Assembly (NCBI GenBank): GCA_973895155.1
Contig: OZ316898.1
Coordinates: 932,751-996,750, forward strand
DNA: 64,000 bases
Direction: 5' to 3'
From: Marsupella aquatica
Taxonomy: Eukaryota; Plantae; Marchantiophyta
In this document: piece by piece, positions 1 through 14,622 of the stretch
Position numbering within the stretch: position 1 is the stretch's first letter
Layout of the letters: each line of letters begins with the position of its first letter
Position numbers and translations under genes: made by a program
Notes under the pieces: model-generated
Database searches by the model: none
Seen by the model: the letters and a program-made list of their open reading frames with translations, nothing else
What the model was told of the DNA's origin: nothing

Positions 1-2665
1 GGTTAAATTACATATTTGTGTAAGAACCTAAGATTAGTTTATATTTTATCTTTTTTTTTATCAAAATCTAAAAAATATGGTTAGAACAACTATGTGGAGG
101 GGAATGCGGGGGAGATGAGCATTGGAAGAATGAAGCTTCAATTAAAGTGCTCTGGCCAGTATCAAAGTATGTTTAAGACACAAGTGGTGACAAAGTTAGT
201 GAAAGGGAAAATCTTTTAGAAGTGATGATTTGGTTGCATACAGTGTTTATTTGGACAGAAATGTAAAGAGCAGTATCCAAGCATATTTTTATGTTTTAAT
301 CAAGTCCATGCAGGTTTGGTTTATTGCATTACGTCCCGACATTAAGTTCCACATATCAGACTTCCCATTTTTTACAAATTATTTGAAAAAAAAGACTTGA
401 CCTCATTTTAATTGATTAAAAAGAAAACAAAAAAGACTGTCCCTCTCTTTGAACTTGTGGTGATATGTTTATGAAGTTGAATGTTGACGACCAAAAATAC
501 AAATAAGGAATCAGATTCTGTTCAAGTTAATGAACATTCTAATGAAGATGACTCCTTTCGACCACCTCTCATGATGTGATTCTAAGTCATCCACACCGAC
601 AAAATATCCACTGACTACAGACTCCTTTGGTTTGTTACAACAGTATGTCCACAGTGTTCGCAACTTCATCCGGCCCAAAAAGCTGACCTGTGGATCCAGA
701 TCAACAAGATCCAGATCAACAACCTTACTCTCAGACAGTCTTTACAAATGGAGTACAATACTTTGTCGGCAAGCTGTAACACGTTTTCCTTGCATGTAAT
801 TATGCGGCTCTCGAGAGTAGATTTCTTCGCAAGAAAGCGTTTCTTCCATCCCTACTGTAGCTCGTACACCTGCACGCTCTCTCTCCTGTGATTGTGACCC
901 ACTTCACTTTTCACCTATTGATAGAGGTGTTGCCTAGCTTTCTGTCTTCTAAGCGTTACAGCTGAATTCCTTCTCCAATTCATCTTGGGAACTGCAACTG
1001 ATCGGGGATTTTTGCAAGGATTTAATCTGACTTGAGAATTCTCCAGTGACGTCTCCTACCCTCTTCATCATTTCAATTTTCATCTCACTGGTTCTGCGAT
1101 TTATTTTTCTGGCACCTCAGTGACCCTTTGCTCCTTTGCTGATATTGATTGACATCGACATCCAGAGCTGATGATACCTCATTAACAACGGGCTAGGGCA
1201 GATCACGAGCTAAAATCGTGAGAAACCGTGGGAATCTGAGGACAGCGGCGATTCTAATGAATGCATTCCCATGAATCCCAAATCTCTCGATCCTCCCCCA
1301 ACCCCACATATATGGATGGTGAGCTCCGGCCCGAACTCCCCGATCGACGTATACACATTGGTCGACATCGGGGAGAACATGACTAGAGGAGCGAGGCGCA
1401 CGAGACACGTCCACAGGCTAGAGAGTGCTAGACCGACACAGTACCGAATAAGGGTCCTTGGCTGCACAAGACAGTACACAATCATCGAAGAGGTCAACGG
1501 GACATCGACTTTTTTGTAGCTTTTGTTAATTAACTGCTTCTCATGATCACGGCGGGATACTGCCAGAATACTCCCAGAAACGCCAACTTTCTGAGGAGTG
1601 CAGCTAGCCGAAGGCGATCATGGGGTGACTCTGTTCGACAGTACCGAAAGTTGAACCGTCCACAATTGCCGACCACTCATCAGGCCCGCCCGGTGCCCAC
1701 CTACGACATTCCAGGTGGAATCTAAAAGCTGAACTTGGCTGGCAGACTGGCAGTCAATAGCACAAGTCACCCAAATTCCCATCATGCCCTACCATGTGAC
1801 ATTGTGGCTGTCGAACAATAATTTCAGGCACATATTCTCCTTAGTAACAGTCAGAAGTAACTTCTCCCAAAGCTCATGTTCCATCATATGACACTCGATC
1901 CTTCCACTTCGACACCGTATGAGTATGATCATGAAAGCAACTATGGCAATTGGTGTATAACATTTTTAATGAGACGTGACGGTGCTTCAACGTCCCTGTC
2001 GAATCACCTTTCCGTATAAGTCGTGTATTTTTACATTATGATCACATGAATTTTGAGAGAAATACGAAAAGCTGATTGTCTAGTACTCTACGGACATGAT
2101 TTGCTCCCGTTTTATTGCTCAAATTCAAGAGATTATCAATCAGCCGACTCAGTCAATCGTACGCGTACAGTAGTGTGAATCATCTCACGTGTAGTAGAAT
2201 TCTATGTCGGTAGTATACACACGAGGAAGCCTTCCTAGTTTGAGAACACGAGTTTCAGTCAGATATACTTCAGGTTTCTCGATGATGGCTCCCTATTGTA
2301 CCATCCGACAGCGTTCTTTAACAGTGCATATCATAATGTACAACAAATTCATGGATGCGATTACTTCTTTAGAGTGCGTTTCTCAAGTACAAGATTGACT
2401 GTGTCGCCACCAGGCGAGCTGACCAGTTGTATTATAACGGCTCAGCGCTGGGGGTCGCTAATTTTGGTCCTCTCGAGAAAAGCTTGTTTGTACTGAGTTT
2501 GAAGAGATGTGTATCTCCCACCCCCACCCCCAAGACTAGCACAGGGAGTGCTGTATTAGTCGTTCCCATTTCTTACCCGTGACTTGAGTTTGATGTTTGC
2601 AGTGGTCCAGTTAAATGTTCTAACCACTGGAAATGTATGAGAGGATTTTGTGAACGATATATAGT

Positions 2666-2883
2666 TGTGGAAAGGGACATGACTTCGTGGTCTGTATGTG
2701 CTAATATTAATTACCACAGGGAGAATTAAAGAGCGATACTAACGAACCAGCCTATAAGTGATTCCTATGTGTCTGGATAGGTGTGGAGAGGGACATGATT
2801 TCGTGCTCTGTATGTGCTAATATTACCGCAGGGAGAAAGAGCGATACTAACGAACCAGCCCAAAAGTGATCCAATGTGTCCGG
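2666..2883. repeat. Tandem duplication, ~116-bp unit x2 (diverged)
   Basis: tgtggaaagggacatgacttcgtggtctgtatgtgctaatatta...gagcgatactaacgaaccagcc at 2666 recurs at 2782 with small indels. Confidence 0.9.
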
Positions 2884-5608
2884 GAATCTGTCGTTGTCCA
2901 AGTGGGTGTACAATAGTGAGGGACAAATACCGGTAGCTCAAGGGACAGAAACACTTGAGAAATGAAGTGTTCTAAATTCTCGCCATCAGCGTTTGCGGCC
3001 GTCCCACGTCCCAAATAAAGCATAGACTAACTCATTGAAAAGGAAAGGAGTAGTACAGTACAACACTCACGAGAATCATGTACAGCATCGTACGCTGGCG
3101 GCCGTAACGCAGTGTGTGTGGGTTGTGGAGGTCTTCCTGTCTGTCCACACTCAAGACTCCCGCAAATAGATGACCCCTGTCCTGTAAATCCGCCGTCCGG
3201 TACTGTCACCAACAAAAGAGGGGAACTTTGTAGATTCCGAACTTATAATGGATTACAGTGGTCTAGCATAGAAAAATGAGAAGGTGTGCAGCGTACATGG
3301 TCATTGTTAGGACTAGCGCGTCAGAAATAGAGGCCTGCTGTCCTTTCAGTATTTTGGTGAAAGTAGCGCTTATTAGTCCACTGAAAATAGAAGCCCCGGA
3401 TTTCTAACCCACTGAAATTCTCAAAAGAAGAGACAGTCATCTGAATTTGGCAACTGCAAAGTGTTCACTGTCCAGCATCGCAATTGGTTTGCCACCTGCC
3501 TAAGGATTCTGCCTCATCTCCCATGTGGTCTGCTGGAGCCTCCCGACAAGTGAGGAGCCCAAGAAAGTCCATCCTATCCATTTGTTTGAAATGGGTCATA
3601 GCACTTTGATCTGATGAGACGCAATCCTTAGCCACACCTATTAAAAAGCGAAAACTCAGACAGCAGCCGCTTGGACAAATCATTTGGGGAATCGATAGTG
3701 TAAAAGTTCTGCCTGCTGCCATGGGAGAGATCCTTTCTATCAAAAAGCTATAATTCTTTAATTTATTATTGGTCACAAGTAGCATATTCTGTCGTTGCCA
3801 AAGTGGAAGTCCTCGCAGTGACATGTAGATTTCACTAAAGACTACTACGTATGTTAATGTGTTGTTCACTAACGACCATTTTGGTCAAACTTGCAACGGA
3901 TTAACCACACATTTTCCAGCAATGCTTTCGTGAATCAAATGAATATTCTAAACGGCGTGGTATATAGGAACTAATGACGTGGCTGTTCAAAGGACATGTG
4001 TAAAAGTGAAACTAATACAGGGCCGTTCAGTACGTATATTAACAAGGATGATGAAATGAGCCGAAGCCTATCTGCCCTGACCTTGTACGTACGTGTGAAC
4101 ACTGAAAACCTTTCCATCCTGTGCTTGCATATATGTTTGACACAGTGAGTCCAAGAATATGTATTTTTAAGTACATGATTGAACAGACACGACAGGCTAG
4201 GATGTTGAGCAGAAAATTGTATGGTCGTCTCACATATGGCCCGGGATATGGCCCTGCCTAGGTTTGTTTTCAACTCGCCAAATTGAGGTCATCATTTGCA
4301 TCTATTCCTCGCTCCGATCCCTCCCTGTTATCACTATATCCATCGTCATTAAGTTGAACGATAAATCATTCTGGAAGTGGCTTCCAAGGAATATGGTGCG
4401 ATGAGCATGAAAAGTGATGTGGTTTTTGGTTGTTAGACCATTGATGATAGCCTCTATGTCAAGTGGAGTTAGTAATCAGTTCTTGTCTTTCCCAAGAAGC
4501 AGCAAGTACACCCTCCAATATCCATCGGGGAATTGGACAGGCTTTGAAACTGGTTGTTCGCTTTGGTAACTACGTAATTCTTATGAATAAAAACTGATTC
4601 TTGTTGGTCACCTCTCAAGATACCATTCCTTTTTAAAATAAGTTCCCAAATACCATGAAATTATCAATTTCAGAGACCAGAATACACCCCGCTCTCACGC
4701 TACTCTGCTATTTAGCTCTAAGACCAGACATACTTTTACGTACTGCCAAACTCCACAATACACCAATCTCACATATCGGGACTTCAGCAACGACTCGATC
4801 TTCACATTTACTCGTCCAGCCTTCGTCACATTGAAAGATTTTAAGTGCATCATCATGTTTCTGAAGGTTTCTCAGATGGGATTGGGCACACGAGGAGGAG
4901 CTCGCCACCACCTACTACTGGACACGGGAAAGGAAGAGACCACGAGCTCAGTAGGCCATGATGAGACATACCGAGATCGAGACATGCAATGTCGAACATC
5001 ACGTATACCAATATTGGCTGCCCCATATCCCTTCACTCTAAATTTCCCTGTCTCTCACCTCCGCACTCACATATTTCCTTCAATCCTTTTCCTCATGCTC
5101 AACTCCCAGCTGGTGGTGCAGAATGATAACAATTGGTCAAGCAATTGGTATGTTTAATCTCAAGTGCATGCCGTGATTGCACTGACTTTGAACCTAGTTC
5201 CTGTAATTTCCATTCCGTCGATATAGAGAGTTGCTGGCAATACTTTACCGGCAAGAGATCTCGTCAAGATTCATGCACAACATGCATGTACATCCCTTGG
5301 GAAGAACAGAGGGATCGATAGACAGAGGCGGCTGCTCCTTCTCGACTTCAAACTGGAGATGAATAGCTTCACGAGAAATTTCACGGCAAAAAGTCTCCCC
5401 AACCTTTCGAGAGACAGTGACTGCGGCTCAACGTAGGTACCGATGGCTGGAAGAGCCAGAGTCGGAGTTGACAGATTGATGGAAAGTTACTACAGGAGAA
5501 TTTTTAAGTCACGGAAAATTACTCTAAAAACTTTATCCATGTCGTTTCAGGCAAAAAGCGCAAAGATCCAGAGGTGTCGTGGACTGGAAGGAGGCAACAT
5601 AAAAGCTG

Positions 5609-5663
5609 GGTTCCCTTGGTTCCCTTGGTCTCCTTGGTTCCCTTGGTCCCCTTGATTCCTTGG
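5609..5663. repeat. 9-bp minisatellite (ttcccttgg)n
   Basis: About six degenerate copies of ttcccttgg. Confidence 0.85.
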
Positions 5664-8555
5664 GCTTTGGGATCGAGACGTCGTTCCTGGCCCATTTGGT
5701 CTGCTTATGAAGCTCTGTACTAGGCTGCTAGGTGAGTCAGATGGACGGCAAAACCCTGGATGATACCCAAAGAAAGAGAGCTTGTTTTAATTTCCCGTTA
5801 CAGCGAGCCTTCTCGTGGACGGCTGTACTGCTGATCCTGACAGACGCCATAATTTCGCATGAGAATTCCTATGACGGCCAATCCTGATATCGAGAAACAA
5901 AGAGCTTCTTTCTCTCTTGTGAAGGTAGAGGTGTTAATACCGAGCGAACAAAGGATTTGTTTATTCCCTCTTGCACGGCAAATTGTCGATCTCCACGTTC
6001 AAAATTGTTGCCGATACTGCACTATCTCTAAAGATGCAAACGACGTGCCCAGGGAAATCAAACGTTAAAGCAAGGGATCTGATTCTGGCTTTAGTGGCTC
6101 TCTGCCCGAAGCACGAACGCTAGACACACCAAGTCCTGCCGGCTCTATTCAATGACAAGGACTAGTTCATTAGACAGGACAGATAGTTGCCAGATTTCGA
6201 GGATGCTTGATCCTGGGAATCCATACTCCTAAATCCTGATACAAGTGGTACGGGTCTACGGGAAGAGAGCTCAGCTGTCAGTCAGTCTATCCAAGCTAAC
6301 AATCCTTCCTCTCTAATTGCCATACTGTCTACTCTCTTTCTGATATATAAAGAACAAAATCTTGGTTTATATGAAGAGGATCGATTTGCAACTGGCCACT
6401 CAGCACTTCTTCTTATGATCTCAAGCTAGGTGCTAGAACGTACATATCGTCGTAATCAACTTTTGCAATGACAGGTAGAAGTAGTGGCTACGGGCTCCAC
6501 GCAGCTGATGCAGTCAATTGGGTGGGTGAGGTGGGTGTCTGAGACTTCTGAACCCTTCTCAGAGACTCTTTTGGTGGGGTCATTTTTCCTTAAGGGTAAC
6601 ACTGACTGTCCTTGGATGCTTTAGATTGTGGGGCATGGCCAGAAGTTAGAGGGTTGCTCACTGTGACATGGATTGCTCACAATCATGTTCGTTTGGTTCG
6701 TCATGATCGTGGTTTTCGCTCACATCATGATCATCAGGGTCTTCTATAGCTGGACCTGGTTGTTCTGCGCCAGTCGTCTGGCTAGATGTAGACGTTTGCT
6801 AGCGTAGAACTTGACCTGGGAATAGGAAAATACACATTTTTTCCAGGACCTACAGTAGTCTACAAAATTAGATGCCATCCATGCCCAATCTTTTCAATCA
6901 AAAGTTGCCATCTTAGTTGTCTTCTAGTGGGCCCTCATATGCAAAGTTGGAAAGTACTTTTTTGGCCAAAGTGTGGACTAGAGCTCTTGATGTGGTGTTT
7001 TGTTTCTGCCGCTCAGTCTATCTTGAACACTGGGACAATGGGCAACTCTTACCTCATAGTAGACCACAATACGTACAAATTGTTTTGAATAATATCGATT
7101 GTTATTTGAATAATATTTTTGTTTATGTAGATACTCATGTTTTGGATGTCAAAAAGTGCACTCATATCAACCTGGCCCGTTTTCCAAATCGAATATTGCT
7201 AATTACGTGGAAGTTGATGTTTGGTTAGATCACCACTCAGACATGCCTCCTCCTCGAGAATGATCCTAATTCGTATTAAGAAAACAATCCATTTTGGCGT
7301 GCATGAGTTGAACAGCGTTGGTCTGAAATCTTACAACTACAGTAACTCACAGCCTCGTTGAACACGAACCGACCGCCACACAATCATGAGAATAATGTTC
7401 CCGAAGGAATCAGCATTGTAGAGTGTACATGCGCGTGGGAAAGTCTGCCTCAATATCTGAACTCAGCATGCTTGACACTTGCTTATCCCGAGAACTTCTC
7501 GTAATGATCAATCCGATAAATCCAAGGTCAGAAATCAGAATGATGCTCAAGAACAGACTATAGCTCCTCATAATGGGGGTAATCTGACATCTTGTTACAC
7601 ACATGAGTGTCATGTTTACTGCAAAACGAGGATTTCTCTTTCACGTCAACTCCAGATGGTCAGGCTAAGCTCATATAAACACTGATAAGGTGGGATATTT
7701 TCACTCCCGTGGGGTGTGACAGACACCCAATTCTTACGGTTTGACACAGTAATCAGGAGGGGAAAGCAACTCGCACGAATCTGTCACACGAGTAAATTTA
7801 CTGACTGTATTGACATATATGCTGTAGTGAGGCCATGCTTGATTATGTGTAAGAGACTGCCTTACTGTAGTTGACGTGAAACAGAATGATTGCCTTTACA
7901 GTTCGCCCACACTCTACAGTAACCTACTCGTGTGACAACTGTCAGGGAGTTGCCAGAGTGGGATGAAGAACGACGGTGCAGATTGCACTCTCGTTCCAAC
8001 AGAAGATCTGGGCCGTCCCGAAGACTCTGCACATGCACAAATGGGTTCTCCCGAAGGAGCACAATCCCAGTAGGTTGTTGACTTATCAGTGTTTAAAAAC
8101 GAAGTTGGAAGTTACCTTGTGAAATGTGAATGGAGGGACTGTAGTGGGCGCCAATTATTACTGTCAGTATTGGCATTAATTGGGAAAATGATGCATTGGT
8201 CTCCGAGCATAACAACCAAATTGACAGATCCATTTAAAGGTGTAATGCGGTGATATATTATTACTGTAATCCATTTGGGGGTCACTCTAAACCTTAAACC
8301 AAATCTTCCATAACCAAGTAATTTGAGTCCCGATAATTGCAGAGCACAAACTGACAATTAGTGCATGATTTAAATAAGGCTAAATAATTTAAATTAATTA
8401 ATTAAATTTATCATGATATGGAGTACATATTATTCCTTATATCTTGATGTGCAATCATAGGGATGCCAGTAATTTGGGTGGGCTTCCTCTGGGTTCTGGC
8501 TCTTTCTTATGAAGCTGATGTGAGAGCGCCACAGCTACACTGTATGTACAATCTA

Positions 8556-8920
8556 AACTGTTCACCAGAATTAGGGTGACTAGCACTAATTTAAAAGAGC
8601 CCCCATGTTTAGAGTCTACAACACAATTTAGTGTTAGCTTCATTAACTTTGTGCTAGCACTATTTATGCGCACATGAATTAGTGTTATTGTGGTCTCAAG
8701 AATAGAAAAATTTAATGAAAAAATATTTTGAAAAATACACAACAATTAGTGTTGCTTTGGATTCAAGATCATCCATTTTTCACTAGCAATTCAAACAAAG
8801 CTGGAAAAAAATTGTTCTAAAAACTGACAAAAAAGTAGTGTTACTTGGAGCTAACACTAAAGTGATACTAACTAATTTTGTACTAACAATAATTTTGCAT
8901 AACACTAATTATGGTGAATC
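8556..8920. mobile_element. Degenerate TA-flanked MITE (Tc1/mariner-like), same family as 45872-46473
   Basis: Left TA|aactgttcaccagaattagggtga pairs imperfectly with right taacactaattatggtgaa; AT-rich interior with many TAGTGTTA/TAACACTA motifs. Confidence 0.55.
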
Positions 8921-11169
8921 TACTCTTTTAGTTCAGATCTTGTGCCCTTTGTGCTTTAGCACATAATTGACAGGCCATGGGCCAAACACATCATCCTTTG
9001 AATACAATTTATCATTGAAATCTTAGTCTCATCTGTCTAAATCATTAGAACTGTAGAACTCTTTTTTGATAGATTGCAGAGTAATCTACATTGCAATTAG
9101 ATCTTGATTTCTCTTATTTTGACTCTAGACAACCATTACTCATAAGACAACATGCATACAGACAACAATTGGGTTCCATTTGTGAATCTGGGGTACAAGG
9201 GTGATTTTCTGTGGATAAAATATATCATTTTCTGTACTCAAACCCATCCCAGTTGAATTTCAAGGAAGCTGATGATTTTTCCCCAGCCCAAATCCAACAG
9301 TCCGTGTCAAAGCTGTTGGTATACTGTGGGGTTTTAGGGTTGAGGGTTTCATATCCTGCACGTCCCCCCCAAAACAAAAACAAGGGTGATAGTTTTATTG
9401 TAAAAGTAGTCTAAACCATGCCACTGGAGTGTCAGATAGTAGAACCTGGTCTACACTGAAGGTTAGCAAGGGTGAATCATTAACCACCTTCATGTGTCTG
9501 CAAACCAGTAAAACCAATCTTCTAATCCCATGTTAGTATATAACCACTTGATTAGGGCTACCTGATAATTAAAACTACTTTTGGGGCAGGTTAGTAACTT
9601 AGACTAGTTTGTGGACATGATAATAAAAAACTGTATAACTGGAACCCAAGTGTTGGGTCCAAATGCCTTCCACGTGATGTTCGTCACAAGCACAAAGGCT
9701 GCACATGGCGGCGATAAAGCGTACAAGTCATACAGAGAGGCGTTGTTTGACACAGAAAGTTTTTCTCTGCACTAGCCAGACAAAAAGCTAGAACAACGCA
9801 GCAGTGGATCAACACCTAGCGAATGGCTGCGTTTGTGTCTCGTGCGCACCCTCCTCTTTCGGGCCTGCAAGCGGCCCGAAAAGCGGTACCTGTGTCTGGA
9901 TTCAGATGCTCCGGATACGCAATCCGTTTCCAAAGGGCACAACGCCATGATGGAAGCTCTGATCAGTCCTCATTTTCTCCAGGTTTTACTTGCCCGAGCG
10001 CCCGACCTTCACGGGGATAGAAAGAAGACAGAACGCTGGGCACGGAAGTCATATCGTCAAAGATTGCTGCTATTTGGCAAGCTAGAAGGTCTGCCTATGT
10101 CCATCAGTGAGTGCTGAGTAGGCAGGCTGTGGAGAAGGACGGCCACGAGGGGATGGCACTCGCTCAATTTGCCAGGACTCGCTACTAGTTACTAGCGTAG
10201 AATGATGGTGTGAATGAGTAGTCTGGGAGAAATATTGTAAGTTACTCTCAGTACGACTGTATACTGACTTTGTACAGTAGATAGACTGATAATTATCGGT
10301 GATCGAGAAGGGTAGGTGTGGAACTGTGGATGTCCTTGGGTGGCATTGAAGAAGCGCTCCAGGGGGACATTCCATGTGACTTTCTCTCGGGGAATTTCTC
10401 CACTCATTCGTCGGGACTGTATTTATGATGACCCAGATCTGGCAGTCCATGTCACCCACTACCGAATTCCGGCCTTCCCAAGTGCAGTAAGTTCCAGCTT
10501 TCCGACCTCCACGGTACTGAATTTTTGGAGGGAATGAATTCTAGGAGCTGTGGTAACAAGAACTCTCATAGCTTATGTCCATCGAACTTGCCACACGAAC
10601 ACGTATACTTTGTGGAAAGACAAGGAAACAAAACACACTTTGCGGGAACGTTCTGAAGTCTGAACGAAGGCTGCAATGCAGAGATTTGTCGACTCACCAG
10701 GATTCCCCTTCCGTGCTCTGGGATTGGAGCTAGAGGTGCTGCCAACTGCCAAGTTTAGTCGGATTATTAATTCCAGATATTTGCGACTCAGATTCGTGCT
10801 GGTTCCATCACTTTCATTTCGGGTCCTCCTGTCGCTTCAATCCACTTCCACTCGTAACAATAAATAGAAATCTCACATCCACCAGTAATCGTACTATAGG
10901 TTCACTCCTAGCCACTGGTGTTTTGTTCTTTAAATTTAAATAATATATAACACTGAACAAAGCGTTCTGTCCCTGAAAAGTCAGCTTTAGTTCAATAAGG
11001 AACTAATATAAATAAGTTCCACTACCAATCCTTTTGCGGTTCGACTCCTTTGTTATGCTCATGTTCCTATTCCAAAGAATGGAGATGCAACAAATCTCCT
11101 TTTTCTGCTGCACTACACCCCAAAACACTATAATCTGATTTTCCATTAGTTCAAGTAGAACCAACACCG

Positions 11170-11311
11170 ATAGATGCGCACACACAAAAGCATTTGTGCC
11201 CCCAAGGTTTACTCCCATAGATGAGCACACACAAAAGTATTTGTGCCCCCAAGGTTTTACTCCCATAGATGCGCACACACAAAAGCGTTTGTGCCCCCAA
11301 GGTTCTACTCC
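11170..11311. repeat. 47-48-bp tandem repeat x3
   Basis: atagatgcgcacacacaaaagcatttgtgcccccaaggtttactccc x3; each unit holds a cacaaa-n4-tttgtg stem. Confidence 0.95.
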
Positions 11312-11984
11312 TAATTTCTGACATCGAAAAACCTCTTTATCTAAGATGGGGTTGCCATGTGCTCCTACGAGCTATTCTAATTCCTGGAACCAATCGGCAT
11401 GAAGCAGTCGACCTAGGGAGGCATTGGGCCCACCACTGCTCCAGGATTAAGGCCTGGAACTAACCTATGATAGAAAATTTGCAAAGACGCCCTTTGACTA
11501 CAGAACCTATGCAGCTTATGCAGGGCGGTTAGAAGTTATCGAGGGGAAGCTGGAAGTCCCTTAGGCTCAGTACGCCCAGAATTTAAATAGACTTTCAGGG
11601 TAGATGTTGCAACTGCACGATGACCTCTAAGGTTCTGGAGCACTGGCCAGTCTTGAGGAGCATGCTACTCCCCTGCAGAGGTTCAATAGCTAATTTAGTT
11701 GCCTTATTATTTCTTCTTGGCTAGCCTTTGGTGCCGCCCTCAGTGGCTTGTCAGCACTTCGACCCTCTGTCCCACCCCGGGTGCTGTCCCTCGCATGAGC
11801 CACCGACTATCTATGTAGTCTTGTGGTGGAATTAAAAAGGGTCTTTAAAGGCATGATATATATTTTTCTACTTGTAACATTCTGCACTTTATTATTATGT
11901 GCAGAGTGACCGTTGGAGGGATTTTTCACCATAATTGTATGTCTCACATGAAAGGGTTTGTTCTCCTGTAATCCATGTCATATT

Positions 11985-12115
11985 ATACATCACACTACCA
12001 AAAAGCACCCAATTGGGTGACAGGACGCCAAAAGCAAGAAACCCCATAAAGGGGAGACCAAAAGAAAGATCCCCAAAACTAAAGAGCCAAAAGAAAGCCC
12101 GAGTCCCCAACCACA
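11985..12115 (-). repeat. Dispersed repeat, probably a retroelement 3' UTR remnant; related copy at ~16830-16965
   Basis: Both copies share, in order, atcacact...gggNgaca(g/t)ga...aagcaa...aaggggag...gtccccaacca. Confidence 0.5.
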
Positions 12116-14516
12116 ACACAACTGAAACCCCACAAAGTAGTTGACTAAACTAAAACCATGTCATACTCGGTTGATTTTGTTGATCCAATGGCTGCACATC
12201 TGGGATCCCTCCCAACTTAACTGCGTACCAAGTGGGCATAATTAAAGGGAGAGAATGAACTTGTAAGGTAATATTGAGCACACTGTACGTTCATGCAAAT
12301 TCTGACTACTGCGCCATTTAGAGTCGACAGGGGGAATAGGGGGAAAACAATTGAATCGAAGAAAAAGTGGAATAAGGTACTTTGGAGAGGAGACTGCGCA
12401 TGTGGGCCAGCAGCACAGATGCACTCCATGTGACAGGACTGGATTCCTGGGAGGCCTTGAATAGTCCTAATTAGTTCTCAGCATCGTTTTGGGTTATGTA
12501 CAAGATTCGCACTAAATAATGCCAGTTCTCAATGTCATCAAATTGGACGAGATTGCAGGAGTTATGGCTTGTGCGACTACCGTGTGTCCTCGAACTTACT
12601 AGCGAGAAGACGAGAATCCAGTAACTTACTAGCGAGAAGACGAAAGTAAATGGAAAGATAGGAGAGAAACGGAGAAAAAGACAGTGTTGTTGCATTGGTA
12701 GCAGCCATAAATATTGGGCTTAGGGAGGTCGCCTCCGCATATGATTATGCACAAAGTCGGCTTTCGTCACGGCAAGATTCGCGAACTCGTTAAATCACGC
12801 ACTTAACTTTCCGTGCATGTACAGCACTAATATAATAGTTATCGCTCGTTTTCACTTGGCTGGCTGCAAGCGAATAATAGATTCTGCTCTCTTCCAAACA
12901 GGACCACATTGATGGTGCATTTTCTTTAGAAATAATTTCCCTGAAGTTGGTGTTTGCCTTGAAGTGAGCATGGACATCATACAGAACTGGGCCGGCTCCA
13001 GAAAGCACCAACATTGGGAGAGCCGGAACCAGGAGGACAGCTCACCTAACAAATTGAGGCCACCTGGAAAGCAAAAGGAAAAATCAATTACTATTCTTTG
13101 GAGGTTTTGAGAAGCACCATACATGACATTGTTTACCAGAAAATGATGCTCCCATGGACCCTAGAAAAAAATTATATAATTGGGATAGACTAATTGGAAT
13201 ATTCTTTATCATGTGATTACTATGTGGTTCATCTGAGTTGCAAAAATATATGGGAGTATTTTGACAAACCTAGAGGTCTATCCTGGCTTCATTTTGTTAT
13301 TTACCACAAAGTCCATGGTTTTCAATGAAGCACACATTTTTATATAACCAAAATGCAATGGGACACTATAATTATCTCCTACCCTCACTAGTGATTTCCT
13401 TGTGTTTCAGCACAAATTGTTGTCATTCTTCTGGACATGTTGAAAAGGTGTATCGTACTTAGGTTGGAAAGGTGGGGACTGGGTAAGGTCTTGAGATGAA
13501 GGTTAGTTCAAATAACGTTAAATTCTTTCCAGTGAAGCCATTAGAGCAAGCGTATACACCAGAGCGTATATTGCATTGATACCGCGTATGACTTTGTTAA
13601 TGAGATAACTGCTCCACTGGTCTCGTGTGATTGATTACTGCAAAGTTGGATTGACAACTCAAGAGCCCCAACTCTGACAAATTCGCATGCCCTTCCACGA
13701 GTTACTTGACAAAAGAATATTTCCGTTTAAGTAAGCAATCAACGAACGTGATCTGTAACCAGTTTCTAGACATAAATTGGTGATGATAGGAGAGAAATCA
13801 GCAATTAATCACCTTAAATTTGAGGGTGGGGTTTCCTTTAAAAAAGCTACAATTATTCACCTCGAAAGCATTGCCCGGACTTGAAACACTCCTTGAAAAA
13901 TAGACAATTTATTCGAATGAAACACACGCTGTATTCATGTCAGTTCAATTCTTCAAGTTATAAAGAGTACAGTATCACAATAGTGCTGGTGCACAGCAGT
14001 AGTCACACTTTGTTGAAAGGAGCTATATGCTTGATTCAAGTTCAAGTTCAAGAAGGGCCCTTTTGACCTGACGGGCAACTTGATGCCTTGCCTGACACAT
14101 AAAATAGTCAAATGATGACTCAAAAATGGCCCATTTGATGCATATTTTGAGTTGTTTCTCGACCATTCTCGAATTTCCCCAAATTCCATCCTGACCAGGT
14201 CCCGGGGTCCCCCAGACTCCCCCGGTCTAGCGAGCCGGTCCTCCGGTTTGGGGTTGAGGCTGGGTTGGGACCGGGGTAGGGGCTGGGCTGGGCTGGGTGG
14301 GGAGACTGGGCAACCCGGTGTTGGGATGACGGGATGACAGGATCGAGACCCCCAGTATGCCCATCATGGCCAAACTGGGATGGAAGGTCTAAGCTGTAGA
14401 CAGTACAATAGGGCCAAAGAGGTTACCAGTGAGAGAAGAAGTAAACAGACAACCAAAAGAGACAGGCAGTTTCACACAGTAAGCCTAGCGCATTGTAGCT
14501 AAGGTAAAAGGCTCCC

Positions 14517-14622
14517 CGCTTGTTGGCTTGTTGACCTTTGGTCCCCAGAGACCCCCTTTGTGGGCCATGTTATATGCTGGCTTTTTGATGTAATTCAATA
14601 AGTGGTTTCAAGGCAAAATAAG
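14517..14622 (+). mobile_element. Severely 5'-truncated non-LTR retroelement 3' end
   Basis: Flanked by aaggctccc (14508-14516 and 14623-14631); ends ggtttcaaggcaaaataag; shares gacctttggtccc and the terminal motif with the 56199-56567 insert. Confidence 0.55.

Noticed and set aside
5609-5663. Collagen-like GNQGDQ repeat on the minus strand
   Set aside because: Only ~6 triplets in a short ORF without gene context; a minisatellite explains it
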